Made by a program: the position numbers and the translations under genes
Part shown: piece after piece, positions 46,301-61,300 of the stretch
Layout: each line of letters opens with the position of its first letter
Position numbering within the stretch: position 1 is the stretch's first letter
The notes under the pieces: model-generated
Databases searched by the model: none
Told to the model about the DNA's origin: nothing
Seen by the model: the letters and a program-made list of their open reading frames with translations, nothing else
Assembly: GCA_030390025.1 (NCBI GenBank)
Contig: JASTWF010000033.1
Coordinates: 4,032,001 to 4,096,000 of the forward strand
DNA from: Squalus acanthias
Lineage: Eukaryota
DNA length: 64,000 nt
Direction: 5' to 3'

Positions 46301-49300
46301 AGCAGAGTGCGCTACACATACACAGTGCGAGCCTTGTCCTGTGGTAAACACTCAGAGGGCAGCAGGGACACATACACAGCGCGAGCCTTGTCCTGTGGTG
46401 AACACTAAGAGGGCAGCAGGGACACATACACAGTGCGAGCCTTGTCCTGTGGAAAACACACAGAGGGCAGCAGAGTGCGCTACACATACACACTGCGAGA
46501 TTTGTACTGTGGTAAACACTCAGAGGGCAGCAGGGACACATACACAGTGCGAGCCTTGTCCTGTGGTAAACAATCAGAGGGCAGCCGAGTGCGCTAAACA
46601 TACACAGTGCGAGCCTTGTACTGTGGTAAACACTCAGAGAGCAGCAGAGTGCGCTACACATACACAGTGCGAGCCTTGTACTGTGGTAAACACTCAGAGG
46701 GCAGCAGAGTGCGCTACACATACACAGTGCGAGCCTTGTCCTGTGGTAAACACTCAGAGGGCAGCAGAGTGCGCTACACATACACAGTGCGAGCCTTATC
46801 CTGTGGTAAACACTCAGAGGGCAGCAGAGTGCGCTACACATACACAGTGCGAGCCTTGTCCTGTGCTAAACACTCAGAGGGCAGCAGAGTGCGCTACACA
46901 TACACAGTGCGAGCCTTGTCCTGTGGTAAACACACAGACGGCAGCAGGGACACATACACAGTGCGAGCCTTGTCCTGTGGTAAACACTCAGAGGGCAGCA
47001 GAGTGCGCTACACATACACAGTGCGAGCCTTGTCCTGTGGTAAACACTCAGAGGGCAGCGGAGTGCGCTCCACATACACAGTGCGAGCCTTGTCCTGTGG
47101 TAAACACTCAGAGGGCAGCAGAGTGCGCTACACATACACAGTGCGAGCCTTGTCCTGTGGTAAACACTCAGAGGGCAGCAGAGTGCGCTACACATACACA
47201 GTGCGAGCCTTGTCCTGTGGTAAACACTCAGAGGGCAGCAGAGTGCGCTACACATACACGGTGCGAGCCTTGTCCTGTGGTAAACACTCAGAGGGCAGCA
47301 GAGTGCGCTACACATACACAGTGCGAGCCTTGTCCTGTGGTAAACACTCAGAGGGCAGCAGAGTGCGCTACACATACACAGTGCGAGCCTTGTCCTGTGG
47401 TGAACACTCAGAGGGCAGCAGGGTTCGCTACACATACACAGTGCGAGCCTTGTCCTGTGGTAAACAATCAGAGGGCATCAGGGACACATACACAGTGCGA
47501 GCCTTGTCCTGTGGTAAACACTCAGAGGGCAGCAGGGAAACATACACAGTGCGAGCCTTGTCCTCTTGTAAACACTCAGAGGGCAGCAGGGACACATACA
47601 CAGTGCGAGCCTTGTCCTGTGGTAAACACTCAGAGGGCAGCAGAGTGCGCTACATATACACAGTGCGTGCCTTGTCCTGTGGTAAACACTCAGAGGGCAG
47701 CAGAGTGCGCTACACAGACACAGTGCGAGCCTTGTCCTGTGGTAAACACTCAGAGGGCAGCAGGGACACATACACAGTGCGAGCCCTGTCCTGTGTAAAC
47801 ACTCAGAGGGCAGCAGGGTTCGCTACACATACACAGTGCGAGCCTTGTCCTGTGGTAAACACTCAGAGGGCTGCAGAGTGCGCTACACATCCACAGTGCG
47901 AGCCTTGTCCTGTGGTAAACACTCAGAGGGCAGCAGGGACACAAACACAGTGCGAGCCTTGTCCTGTGGTAAACACTCAGAGGGCAGCAGAGTGCGCTGC
48001 ACATACACAGTGCGAGCCTTGTCCTCTGGTAAACACTCAGAGGGTAGCAGGGACACATACACAGTGCGAGCCTTGTCCTGTGGTAAACACTCAGAGGGCA
48101 GCAGAGTGCGCTACACAGACACAGTGCGAGCCCTGTTCTGTGGTAAACACTCAGAGGGCAGCAGAGTGCGCTACATATACACAGTGTGAGCCTTTTCCTA
48201 TGGTAAACACTCAGAGGGCAGCAGGGTGCTCTACACATACACAGTGCGAGCCTTGTCCTGTGGTAAACACTCAGAGGGCAGCAGGGACACATACACAGTG
48301 CGAATCTTGTCCTGTGGTAAACACTCAGAGGGCAGCAGAGTGCGCTACACATACACATTGCGAGCCTTGTCCTGTGGTAAACACTCAGAGGGCAGCAGGG
48401 ACACATACACAGTGCGAGCCTTGTCTTGTGGTAAAAACTCAGAGGGCAGCAGAGTGCGCTGCACATACACAGTGCGAGCCTCGACCTGTGGTAAACACTA
48501 AGAGGGCAGCAGAGTGCGCTGCACATACACAGCGCGAGCCTCGTCCTGTGGTATACACTCAGAGGGCAGCAGAGTGCGCTACACATACACATTGCGAGCC
48601 TTGTACTGTGGTAATCACTCAGAGGGCAGCCGAGTGCGCTACACATACGCAGTGCGAGCCTTGTCCTGTGGTGAACACTCCGAGGGCAGCAGAGTGCGCT
48701 AAACATACACAGTGCGAGCCTTGTTCTGTGGTAAACACTCAGAGGGCAGCAGAGTGCGCTACACATACACAGTGCGAGCCTTGTCCTGTGGTAAACACTC
48801 AGAGGGCAGCAGAGTGCGCTACACATACACAGTGCGGGCCTTGTCCTGTGGTAAACACTCAGAGGGCAGCAGGGACACATACACAGTGCGAGCCTTGTCC
48901 TGTGGTAAACACTCAGAGTGCAGCAGAATGCACTACACATACATAGTGCGAGCCTCGACCTGTGGTAAACACTCAGAGGGCAGCAGCGACACATACACAG
49001 TGCGAGCCTTGTCCTGTGGTAAACACTCAGAGGGCAGCAGGGACACATACACAGTGCGAGCCTTGTCCTGTGGTAAACACTCAGAGTGCAGCTGGGACAA
49101 ATACACAGTGCGAGCCTTGTCCTGTGGTAAACACTCAGAGGGCAGCAGGGACTGATACACAGTGCGAGCCTTGTCTTGTGGTAAAAACTCAGAGGGCAGC
49201 AGAGTGCGCTGCACATACACAGTGCGAGCCTCGACCTGTGGTAAACACTAAGAGGGCAGCAGAGTGCGCTGCACATACACAGCGCGAGCCTCGTCCTGTG

Positions 49301-52300
49301 GTATACACTCAGAGGGCAGCAGAGTGTGCTACACACACACAGTGCGAGGCTTGTCCTGTGGTAAACACTCAGAGGGCAGCAGGGTTCGCTACACATACAC
49401 AGTACGAGCCTTGTCCTGTGGTAAACACTCAGAGTACAGCAGAGTGCGCTACACATACACATTGCGAGCCTTGTACTGTGGTAAACACTCAGAGGGCAGC
49501 CGAGTGCGCTACACATACGCAGTGCGAGCCTTGTCCTGTGGTACACACTCAGAGGGCAGCAGGGTGCGCTACACATACACAGTGCGAGCCTTGTCCTGTG
49601 GTACACACTCAGAGGGCAGCAGGGTGAGCTACACATACACAGTGCGAGCCTTGTCCTGTGGTAAACACTCAGAGGGCAGCAGAGAGCGCTACACATACAC
49701 AGTGCGAGCCTTGTCCTGTGGTACACACTCAGAGGGCAGCAGACTGCGCTACACATACACAGTGCGAGCCTTGTCCTGTGGTAAACAATCAGAGGGCAGC
49801 AGAGTGCGCTACACATACACAGTGCGAGCCTTGACCTGTGGCGAACACTCAGATGGCAGCTGGGACACATACACAGTGCAAACCTTGTCCTGTGGTAAAC
49901 ACTCAGAGGGCAGCAGGGACACAGACACAGTGCGAGCCTTGTCCTGTGGTGAACACTCAGAGGGCAGCAGGGTGCGCTACACATACACAGTGCGAACCTT
50001 GTCCTGTGGTAAACACTCAGAGGGCAGCAGGGTTCGCTACACATACACAGTGCGAGCCTTGTCCTGTGGTGAACACTCAGAGGGCAGCAGGGACACATAC
50101 ACAGTGCGAGCCTTGTCCTGTGGTAAACAATCAGAGGGCAGCAGGGTGCGCTGCACATACACAGTGTGAGCCTTGTCCTGTGGTAAACACTCAGAGGGCA
50201 GCAGAGTGCGCTACATATACACAGTGCGAGCCTTGTCCTGTGGTAAACACTCAGAGGGCAGCAGAGTGCGCTACACATACACAGTGCGAGCCTTGTCCTG
50301 TGGTAAACACTCAGAGGGCAGCAGGGACACATACACAGTGCGAGCCCTGTCCTGTGTAAACACTCAGAGGGCAGCAGGGTTCGCTACGCATACACAGTGC
50401 GAGCCTTGTCCTGTGGTAAACACTCAGAGGGCAGCAGGGACACATACACAGTGCGAGCCTTGTCCTGTGGTAAACACTCAGAGGGCAGCAGAGTGCGCTA
50501 CACAAACACAGTGCGAGCCTTGTCCTGTGGTAAACACTCAGAGGGCAGCAGGGACACATACACAGTGCGAGCCCTGTCCTGTGTAAACACTCAGAGGGCA
50601 GCAGGGTTCGCTACACATACACAGTACGAGCCTTGTCGTGTGGTAAACACTAAGAGGGCAGCAGGGACACATACACAGTGCGAGCCTTGTCCTGTGGTAA
50701 ACAATCAGAGGGCAGCAGGGTGCGCTGCAAATACACAGTGTGAGCCTTGTCCTGTGGTAAACACTCAGAGGGCAGCAGAGTGCGCTACATATACACAGTG
50801 CGAGCCTTGTATTGTGGTAAACACTCAGAGGGCAGCAGAGTGCGCTAGACATACACAGTGCGAGCCTTGTCCTGTGGTAAACACTCAGAGGGCAGCAGGG
50901 ACACATACACAGTGCGAGCCCTGTCCTGTGTAAACACTCAGAGGGCAGCAGGGTTCGGTACGCATACACAGTGCGAGCCTTGTCCTGTGGTAAACACTCA
51001 GAGGGCAGCAGGGACACATACACAGTGCGAGCCTTGTCCTGTGGTAAACACTCAGAGGGCAGCAGAGTGCGCTACACAAACACAGTGCGAGCCTTGTCCT
51101 GTGGTAAACACTCAGAGGGCTGCAGAGTGCGCTACACATACACAGTGCGAGCCTTGTCCTGTGGTAAACACTCACAGGGCAGCAGAGTGCGCTACACATA
51201 CAGAGTCGGAGCCTTGTCCTGTGGTACACACTCAGAGGGCTGCAGAGTGCGATACACATACACAATGCGAGCCTCGTCCTGTGGTAAACACTCAGAGGGC
51301 AGCCGGGACACATACGCAGTGCGAGCCTTGTCCTCTGGTAAACACTCAGAGGGCAGCAGAGTGCGCTACACATACACAGTGCGAGCCTTGTCCTGTGGTA
51401 AACACTCAGAGGGCAGCAGGGTGCTCTACACATACACAGTGCGAGCCTTGTCCTGTGGTAAACACTCAGAGGGCAGCAGGGACACATACACAGTGCGAGC
51501 CTTGTCCTGTGGTAAACACTCAGAGGGCAGCAGAGTGCACTACACATACACAGTGCGAGCCTCGTCCTGTGGTAAACACTCAGAGGGCAGCAGCGACACA
51601 TACACAGTGCGAGCCTTGTCCTGTGGTAAACACTCAGAGGGCAGCAGGGACACATACACAGTGCGAGCCTTGTCCTGTGGTAAACACTCAGAGGGCAGCA
51701 GAGTGCGCTGCATATACACAGTGCGAGCCTCGACCTGTGGTAAACACTCAGAGGGCAGCAGAGTGCGCTGCACATACACAGTGCGAGCCTTGTCCTGTGG
51801 TAAACACTCAGAGGGCAGCAGGGTGCGCTACACATACACAGTGCGAGCCTTGTCCTGTGGTACACACTCAGAGGGCAGCAGGGTGCGCTACACATACACA
51901 GTGCGAGCCTTGTCCTGTGGTAAACACTCAGAGGGCAGCAGAGAGCGCTACACATACACAGTGCGAGCCTTGTCCTGTGGTACACACTCAGAGGGCAGCA
52001 GAGTGAGCTACACATACACAGTGCGAGCCTTGTCCTGTGGTAAACACTCAGAGGGCAGCAGAGTGCGCTACACATACACAGTGCGAGCCTTGTCCTGTGG
52101 CGAACACTCAGATGGCAGCTGGGACACATACACAGTGCAAGCCTTGTCCTGTGGTAAACACTCAGAGGGCAGCAGGGACACATACACAGTGCGAGCCTTG
52201 TCCTGTGGTGAACACTCAGAGGGCAGCAGGGTGCGCTACACATACACAGTGCGAGCCTTGTCCTGTGGTAAACACTCAGAGGGCAGCAGGGTGCGCTACA

Positions 52301-55300
52301 CATACACAGTGCGAGCCTTGTCCTGTGGTAAACACTCAGAGGGCAGCAGGGTGCGCTACACATACACAGTGCGAGCCTTGTCCTGTGGTAAACACTCAGA
52401 GGGCAGCAGGGACACATACACAGTGCGAGCCTTGTCCTGTGGTAAACACTCAGAGGGCAGCAGGGACACATACACAGTGCGAGCCTTGTCCTGTGGTAAA
52501 CACTCAGAGGGCAGCAGAGTGCGCTACACATACACAGTGCGAGCCTTGTCCTGTGGTAAACACTCAGAGGGCAGCAGGTGCGCTACACATACACAGTGCG
52601 AGCCTTGTCCTGTGGTAAACACTCAGAGGGCAGCAGAGTGCGCTACACATACACAGTGCGAGCCTTGTCCTGTGGTAAACACTCAGAGGGCAGCAGAGTG
52701 CGCTACACATACACAGTGCGAGCCTTGTCCTGTGGTAAACACTCAGAGGGCAGCAGGTGCGCTACACATACACAGTGCGAGCCTTGTCCTGTGGTAAACA
52801 CTCAGAGGGCAGCAGAGTGCGCTACACATACACAGTGCGAGCCTTGTCCTGTGGTAAACACTCAGAGGGCAGCAGGGACACATACACAGTGCGAGCCTTG
52901 TCCTGTGGAAAACACTCAGAGGGCAGCAGGGACACATACACAGTGCGAGCCTTGTCCTGTGGTAAACACTCAGACGGCAGCAGAGTGCGCTACACATACA
53001 CAGTGCGAGCCTTGTCCTGTGGTAAACGCTCAGAGGGCAGCAGGGTGCGCTACACATACACAGTGCGAGCGTTGTCCTGTGGTAAACACTCAGAGGGCAG
53101 CAGAGTGCGCTACACACACACAGTGCGAGCCTTGTACTGTGGTAAACACTCAGAGGGCAGCAGGGACACATACACAGCGCGAGCCTTGTCCTGTGGTGAA
53201 CACTCAGAGGGCAGCAGGGACACATACACAGTGCGAGCCTTGTCCTGTGGAAAACACACAGAGGGCAGCAGAGTGCGCTACACATACACACTGCGAGCCT
53301 TGTCCTGTGGTAAACACTCAGAGGGCAGCAGGGACACATACACAGTGCGAGCCTTGTCCTGTGGTAAACACTCAGAGGGCAGCAGAGTGCGCTACACATA
53401 CACAGTGCGAGCCTTGTCCTGTGGTAAACACTCAGAGGGCAGCAGAGTGCGCTACACATACACAGTGCGAGCCTTGTCCTGTGGTAAACACTCAGAGGGC
53501 AGCAGAGTGCGCTACACATACACAGTGCGAGCCTTGTCCTGTGGTAAACACTCAGAGGGCAGCAGAGTGCGCTACACATACACAGTGCGAGCCTTGTCCT
53601 GTGGTAAACACTCAGAGGGCAGCAGAGTGCGCTACACATACACAGTGCGAGCCTTGTCCTGTGGTAAACACTCAGAGGGCAGCAGAGTGCGCTACACATA
53701 CACAGTGCGAGCCTTGTCCTGTGGTAAACACTCAGACGGCAGCAGGGACACATACACAGTGCGAGCCTTGTCCTGTGGTAAACACTCAGAGGGCAGCAGA
53801 GTGCGCTACACATACACAGTGCGAGCCTTGTCCTGTGGTAAACACTCAGAGGGCAGCAGAGTGCGCTACACATACACAGTGCGAGCCTTGTCCTGTGGTA
53901 AACACTCAGAGGGCAGCAGAGTGCGCTACACATACACAGTGCGAGCCTTGTCCTGTGGTAAACACTCAGAGGGCAGCAGAGTGCGCTACACATACACAGT
54001 GCGAGCCTTGTCCTGTGGTAAACACTCAGAGGGCAGCAGAGTGCGCTACACATACACAGTGCGAGCCTTGTCCTGTGGTAAACACTCAGAGGGCAGCAGA
54101 GTGCGCTACACATACACAGTGCGAGCCTTGTCCTGTGGTAAACACTCAGAGGGCAGCAGAGTGCGCTACACATACACAGTGCGAGCCTTGTCCTGTGGTA
54201 AACACTCAGAGGGCAGCAGAGTGCGCTACACATACACAGTGCGAGCCTTGTCCTGTGGTAAACACTCAGAGGGCAGCAGGGACACATACACAGTGCGAGC
54301 CTTGTCCTGTGGTAAACACTCAGAGGGCAGCAGGGAAACATACACAGTGCGAGCCTTGTCCTCTTGTAAACACTCAGAGGGCAGCAGGGACACATACACA
54401 GTGCGAGCCTTGTCCTGTGGTAAACACTCAGAGGGCAGCAGAGTGCGCTACATATACACAGTGCGTGCCTTGTCCTGTGGTAAACACTCAGAGGGCAGCA
54501 GAGTGCGCTACACAGACACAGTGCGAGCCTTGTCCTGTGGTAAACACTCAGAGGGCAGCAGGGACACATACACAGTGCGAGCCCTGTCCTGTGTAAACAC
54601 TCAGAGGGCAGCAGGGTTCGCTACACATACACAGTGCGAGCCTTGTCCTGTGGTAAACACTCAGAGGGCTGCAGAGTGCGCTACACATCCACAGTGCGAG
54701 CCTCTTCCTGTGGTAAACACTCAGAGGGCAGCAGGGACACAAACACAGTGCGAGCCTTGTCCTGTGGTAAACACTCAGAGGGCAGCAGAGTGCGCTGCAC
54801 ATACACAGTGCGAGCCTTGTCCTCTGGTAAACACTCAGAGGGTAGCAGGGACACATACACAGTGCGAGCCTTGTCCTGTGGTAAACACTCAGAGGGCAGC
54901 AGAGTGCGCTACACATACACAGTGCGAGCCTTGTCCTGTGGTAAACACTCAGAGGGCAGCAGAGTGCGCTACACATACACAGTGCGAGCCTTGTCCTGTG
55001 GTAAACACTCAGAGGGCAGCAGGGTGCGCTACACATACACAGTGCGAGCCTTGTCCTGTGGTAAACACTCAGAGGGCAGCAGAGTGCGCTACACATACAC
55101 AGTGCGAGCCTTGTCCTGTGGTAAACACTCAGAGGGCAGCAGAGTGCGCTACACATACACAGTGCGAGCCTTGTCCTGTGGTAAACACTCAGAGGGCAGC
55201 AGGGTGCGCTACACATACACAGTGCGAGCCTTGTCCTGTGGTAAACACTCAGAGGGCAGCAGAGTGCGCTACACATACACAGTGCGAGCCTTGTCCTGTG

Positions 55301-58300
55301 GTAAACACTCAGAGGGCAGCAGGGACACATACACAGTGCGAGCCTTGTCCTGTGGTAAACACTCAGAGGGCAGCAGAGTGCGCTACACATACACAGTGCG
55401 AGCCTTGTCCTGTGGTAAACACTCAGAGGGCAGCAGAGTGCGCTACACATACACAGTGCGAGCCTTGTCCTGTGGTAAACACTCAGAGGGCAGCAGAGTG
55501 CGCTACACATACACAGTGCGAGCCTTGTCCTGTGGTAAACACTCAGAGGGCAGCAGAGTGCGCTACACATACACAGTGCGAGCCTTGTCCTGTGGTAAAC
55601 ACTCAGAGGGCAGCAGAGTGCGCTACACATACACAGTGCGAGCCTTGTCCTGTGGTAAACACTCAGAGGGCAGCAGAGTGCGCTACACATACACAGTGCG
55701 AGCCTTGTCCTGTGGTAAACACTCAGAGGGCAGCAGAGTGCGCTACACATACACAGTGCGAGCCTTGTCCTGTGGTAAACACTCAGAGGGCAGCAGAGGG
55801 CTACACATACACAGTGCGAGCCTTGTCCTGTGGTAAACACTCAGAGGGCAGCAGAGTGCGCTACACATACACAGTGCGAGCCTTGTCCTGTGGTAAACAC
55901 TCAGAGGGCAGCAGGCGCTACACATACACAGTGCGAGCCTTGTCCTGTGGTAAACACTCAGAGGGCAGCAGGGACACATACACAGTGCGAGCCTTGTCCT
56001 GTGGTAAACACTCAGAGGGCAGCAGGGACAAATACACAGTGCGAGCCTTGTCCTGTGGTAAACACTCAGAGGGCAGCAGGGACTGATACACAGTGCGAGC
56101 CTTGTCCTGTGGTAAACACTCAGAGGGCAGCAGAGTGCGCTACACATACACAGTGCGAGCCTTGTCCTGTGGTAAACACTCAGAGGGCAGCAGAGTGCGC
56201 TACACATACACAGTGCGAGCCTTGTCCTGTGGTAAACACTCAGAGGGCAGCAGAGTGCGCTACACATACACAGTGCGAGCCTTGTCCTGTGGTAAACACT
56301 CAGAGGGCAGCAGGGTGCGCTACACATACACAGTGCGAGCCTTGTCCTGTGGTAAACACTCAGAGGGCAGCAGAGTGCGCTACACATACACAGTGCGAGC
56401 CTTGTCCTGTGGTAAACACTCAGAGGGCAGCAGAGTGCGCTACACATACACAGTGCGAGCCTTGTCCTGTGGTAAACACTCAGAGGGCAGCAGAGTGCGC
56501 TACACATACACAGTGCGAGCCTTGTCCTGTGGTAAACACTCAGAGGGCAGCAGGTGCGCTACACATACACAGTGCGAGCCTTGTCCTGTGGTAAACACTC
56601 AGAGGGCAGCAGAGTGCGCTACACATACACAGTGCGAGCCTTGTCCTGTGGTAAACACTCAGAGGGCAGCAGAGTGCGCTACACATACACAGTGCGAGCC
56701 TTGTCCTGTGGTAAACACTCAGAGGGCAGCAGAGTGCGCTACACATACACAGTGCGAGCCTTGTCCTGTGGTAAACACTCAGAGGGCAGCAGGGACACAT
56801 ACACAGTGCGAGCCTTGTCCTGTGGTAAACACTCAGAGGGCAGCAGGGACACATACACAGTGCGAGCCTTGTCCTGTGGTAAACACTCAGAGGGCAGCAG
56901 GGTGCGCTACACATACACAGTGCGAGCCTTGTCCTGTGGTAAACACTCAGAGGGCAGCAGGGTGCGCTACACATACACAGTGCGAGCCTTGTCCTGTGGT
57001 AAACACTCAGAGGGCAGCAGGGACACATACACAGTGCGAGCCTTGTCCTGTGGTAAACACTCAGAGGGCAGCAGGGTGCGCTACACATACACAGTGCGAG
57101 CCTTGTCCTGTGGTAAACACTCAGAGGGCAGCAGAGTGCGCTACACATACACAGTGCGAGCCTTGTCCTGTGGTAAACACTCAGAGGGCAGCAGAGTGCG
57201 CTACACATACACAGTGCGAGCCTTGTCCTGTGGTAAACACTCAGAGGGCAGCAGGGACACATACACAGTGCGAGCCTTGTCCTGTGGTAAACACTCAGAG
57301 GGCAGCAGGGTTCGCTACACATACACAGTGCGAGCCTTGTCCTGTGGTAAACACTCAGAGGGCAGCAGGGACACATACACAGTGCGAGCCTTGTCCTGTG
57401 GTAAACACTCAGAGGGCAGCAGAGTGCGCTACACAAACACAGTGCGAGCCTTGTCCTGTGGTAAACACTCAGAGGGCAGCAGGGACACATACACAGTGCG
57501 AGCCCTGTCCTGTGTAAACACTCAGAGGGCAGCAGGGTTCGCTACACATACACAGTACGAGCCTTGTCGTGTGGTAAACACTAAGAGGGCAGCAGGGACA
57601 CATACACAGTGCGAGCCTTGTCCTGTGGTAAACAATCAGAGGGCAGCAGGGTGCGCTGCAAATACACAGTGTGAGCCTTGTCCTGTGGTAAACACTCAGA
57701 GGGCAGCAGAGTGCGCTACATATACACAGTGCGAGCCTTGTATTGTGGTAAACACTCAGAGGGCAGCAGAGTGCGCTAGACATACACAGTGCGAGCCTTG
57801 TCCTGTGGTAAACACTCAGAGGGCAGCAGGGACACATACACAGTGCGAGCCCTGTCCTGTGTAAACACTCAGAGGGCAGCAGGGTTCGGTACGCATACAC
57901 AGTGCGAGCCTTGTCCTGTGGTAAACACTCAGAGGGCAGCAGGGACACATACACAGTGCGAGCCTTGTCCTGTGGTAAACACTCAGAGGGCAGCAGAGTG
58001 CGCTACACAAACACAGTGCGAGCCTTGTCCTGTGGTAAACACTCAGAGGGCTGCAGAGTGCGCTACACATACACAGTGCGAGCCTTGTCCTGTGGTAAAC
58101 ACTCACAGGGCAGCAGAGTGCGCTACACATACAGAGTCGGAGCCTTGTCCTGTGGTACACACTCAGAGGGCTGCAGAGTGCGATACACATACACAATGCG
58201 AGCCTCGTCCTGTGGTAAACACTCAGAGGGCAGCCGGGACACATACGCAGTGCGAGCCTTGTCCTCTGGTAAACACTCAGAGGGCAGCAGAGTGCGCTAC

Positions 58301-61300
58301 ACATACACAGTGCGGGCCTTGTCCTGTGGTAAACACTCAGAGGGCAGCAGGGTGCTCTACACATACACAGTGCGAGCCTTGTCCTGTGGTAAACACTCAG
58401 AGGGCAGCAGGGACACATACACAGTGCGAGCCTTGTCCTGTGGTAAACACTCAGAGGGCAGCAGAGTGCGCTACACATACACAGTGCGAGCCTTGTCCTG
58501 TGGTAAACACTCAGAGGGCAGCAGCGACACATACACAGTGCGAGCCTTGTCCTGTGGTAAACACTCAGAGGGCAGCAGGGACACATACACAGTGCGAGCC
58601 TTGTCCTGTGGTAAACACTCAGAGGGCAGCAGAGTGCGCTACACATACACAGTGCGAGCCTTGTCCTGTGGTAAACACTCAGAGGGCAGCAGAGTGCGCT
58701 ACACATACACAGTGCGAGCCTTGTCCTGTGGTAAACACTCAGAGGGCAGCAGGGTGCGCTACACATACACAGTGCGAGCCTTGTCCTGTGGTAAACACTC
58801 AGAGGGCAGCAGAGTGCGCTACACATACACAGTGCGAGCCTTGTCCTGTGGTAAACACTCAGAGGGCAGCAGAGAGCGCTACACATACACAGTGCGAGCC
58901 TTGTCCTGTGGTACACACTCAGAGGGCAGCAGAGTGAGCTACACATACACAGTGCGAGCCTTGTCCTGTGGTTAAACAATCAGAGGGCAGCAGAGTGCGC
59001 TACACATACACAGTGCGAGCCTTGACCTGTGGCGAACACTCAGATGGCAGCTGGGACACATACACAGTGCAAGCCTTGTCCTGTGGTAAACACTCAGAGG
59101 GCAGCAGGGACACAGACACAGTGCGAGCCTTGTCCTGTGGTGAACACTCAGAGGGCAGCAGGGTGCGCTACACATACACAGTGCGAGCCTTGTCCTGTGG
59201 TAAACACTCAGAGGGCAGCAGGGTTCGCTACACATACACAGTGCGAGCCTTGTCCTGTGGTGAACACTCAGAGGGCAGCAGGGTGCGCTATACATACACA
59301 GTACGAACTTGTCGTGTGGTAAACACTAAGAGGGCAGCAGGGACACATACACAGTGCGAGCCTTGTCCTGTGGTAAACACTCAGAGGGCAGCAGGGAGCG
59401 CTACACATACACAGTGCGAGCCTTGTCCTGTGGTAAACACTCAGAGGGCAGCAGAGTGCGCTACACATACACAGTGCGAGCCTTGTCCTGTGGTAAACAC
59501 TCAGAGGGCAGCAGGGACACATACACAGTGCGAGCCTTGTCCTGTGGTAAACACTCAGAGGGCAGCAGAGTGCGCTACACATACACAGTGCGAGCCTTGT
59601 CCTGTGGTAAACACTCAGAGGGCAGCAGAGTGCGCTACACATACACAGTGCGAGCCTTGTCCTGTGGTAAACACTCAGAGGGCAGCAGAGTGCGCTACAC
59701 ATACACAGTGCGAGCCTTGTCCTGTGGTAAACACTCAGAGGGCAGCAGAGTGCGCTACACATACACAGTGCGAGCCTTGTCCTGTGGTAAACACTCAGAG
59801 GGCAGCAGGGACACATACACAGTGCGAGCCTTGTCCTGTGGTAAACACTCAGAGGGCAGCAGAGTGCGCTACACATACACAGTGCGAGCCTTGTCCTGTG
59901 GTAAACACTCAGAGGGCAGCAGGTTGCGCTACACATACACAGTGCGAGCCTTGTCCTGTGGTAAACACTCAGAGGGCAGCAGGGTGCGCTACACATACAC
60001 AGTGCGAGCCTTGTCCTGTGGTAAACACTCAGAGGGCAGCAGGGACACATACACAGTGCGAGCCTTGTCCTGTGGTAAACACTCAGAGGGCAGCAGGGTG
60101 CGCTACACATACACAGTGCGAGCCTTGTCCTGTGGTAAACACTCAGAGGGCAGCAGAGTGCGCTACACATACACAGTGCGAGCCTTGTCCTGTGGTAAAC
60201 ACTCAGAGGGCAGCAGGGACACATACACAGTGCGAGCCTTGTCCTGTGGTAAACACTCAGAGGGCAGCAGAGTGCGCTACACATACACAGTGCGAGCCTT
60301 GTCCTGTGGTAAACACTCAGAGGGCAGCAGAGTGCGCTACACATACACAGTGCGAGCCTTGTCCTGTGGTAAACACTCAGAGGGCAGCAGAGTGCGCTAC
60401 ACATACACAGTGCGAGCCTTGTCCTGTGGTAAACACTCAGAGGGCAGCAGGGACACATACACAGTGCGAGCCTTGTCCTGTGGTAAACACTCAGAGGGCA
60501 GCAGGGACACATACACAGTGCGAGCCTTGTCCTGTGGTAAACACTCAGAGGGCAGCAGAGTGCGCTACACATACACAGTGCGAGCCTTGTCCTGTGGTAA
60601 ACACTCAGAGGGCAGCAGGGACACATACACAGTGCGAGCCTTGTCCTGTGGTAAACACTCAGAGGGCAGCAGAGTGCGCTACACATACACAGTGCGAGCC
60701 TTGTCCTGTGGTAAACACTCAGAGGGCAGCAGGGTGCGCTACACATACACAGTGCGAGCCTTGTCCTGTGGTAAACACTCAGAGGGCAGCAGGGACACAT
60801 ACACAGTGCGAGCCTTGTCCTGTGGTAAACACTCAGAGGGCAGCAGAGTGCGCTACACATACACAGTGCGAGCCTTGTCCTGTGGTAAACACTCAGAGGG
60901 CAGCAGGGACACATACACAGTGCGAGCCTTGTCCTGTGGTAAACACTCAGAGGGCAGCAGGGACACATACACAGTGCGAGCCTTGTCCTGTGGTAAACAC
61001 TCAGAGGGCAGCAGGGACACATACACAGTGCGAGCCTTGTCCTGTGGTAAACACTCAGAGGGCAGCAGGGACACATACACAGTGCGAGCCTTGTCCTGTG
61101 GTAAACACTCAGAGGGCTGCAGAGTGCGCTACACATACACAGTGCGTGCCTTGTCCTGTGGTAAACACTCAGAGGGCAGCAGAGTGCGCTATACATACAC
61201 AGTGCGAGCCTGGTCCTGTGGTAAACACTCAGAGGGCAGCAGAGTGCGCTATACATACACAGTGCGAGCCTTGTCCTGTGCTAAACACTCAGAGGGCAGC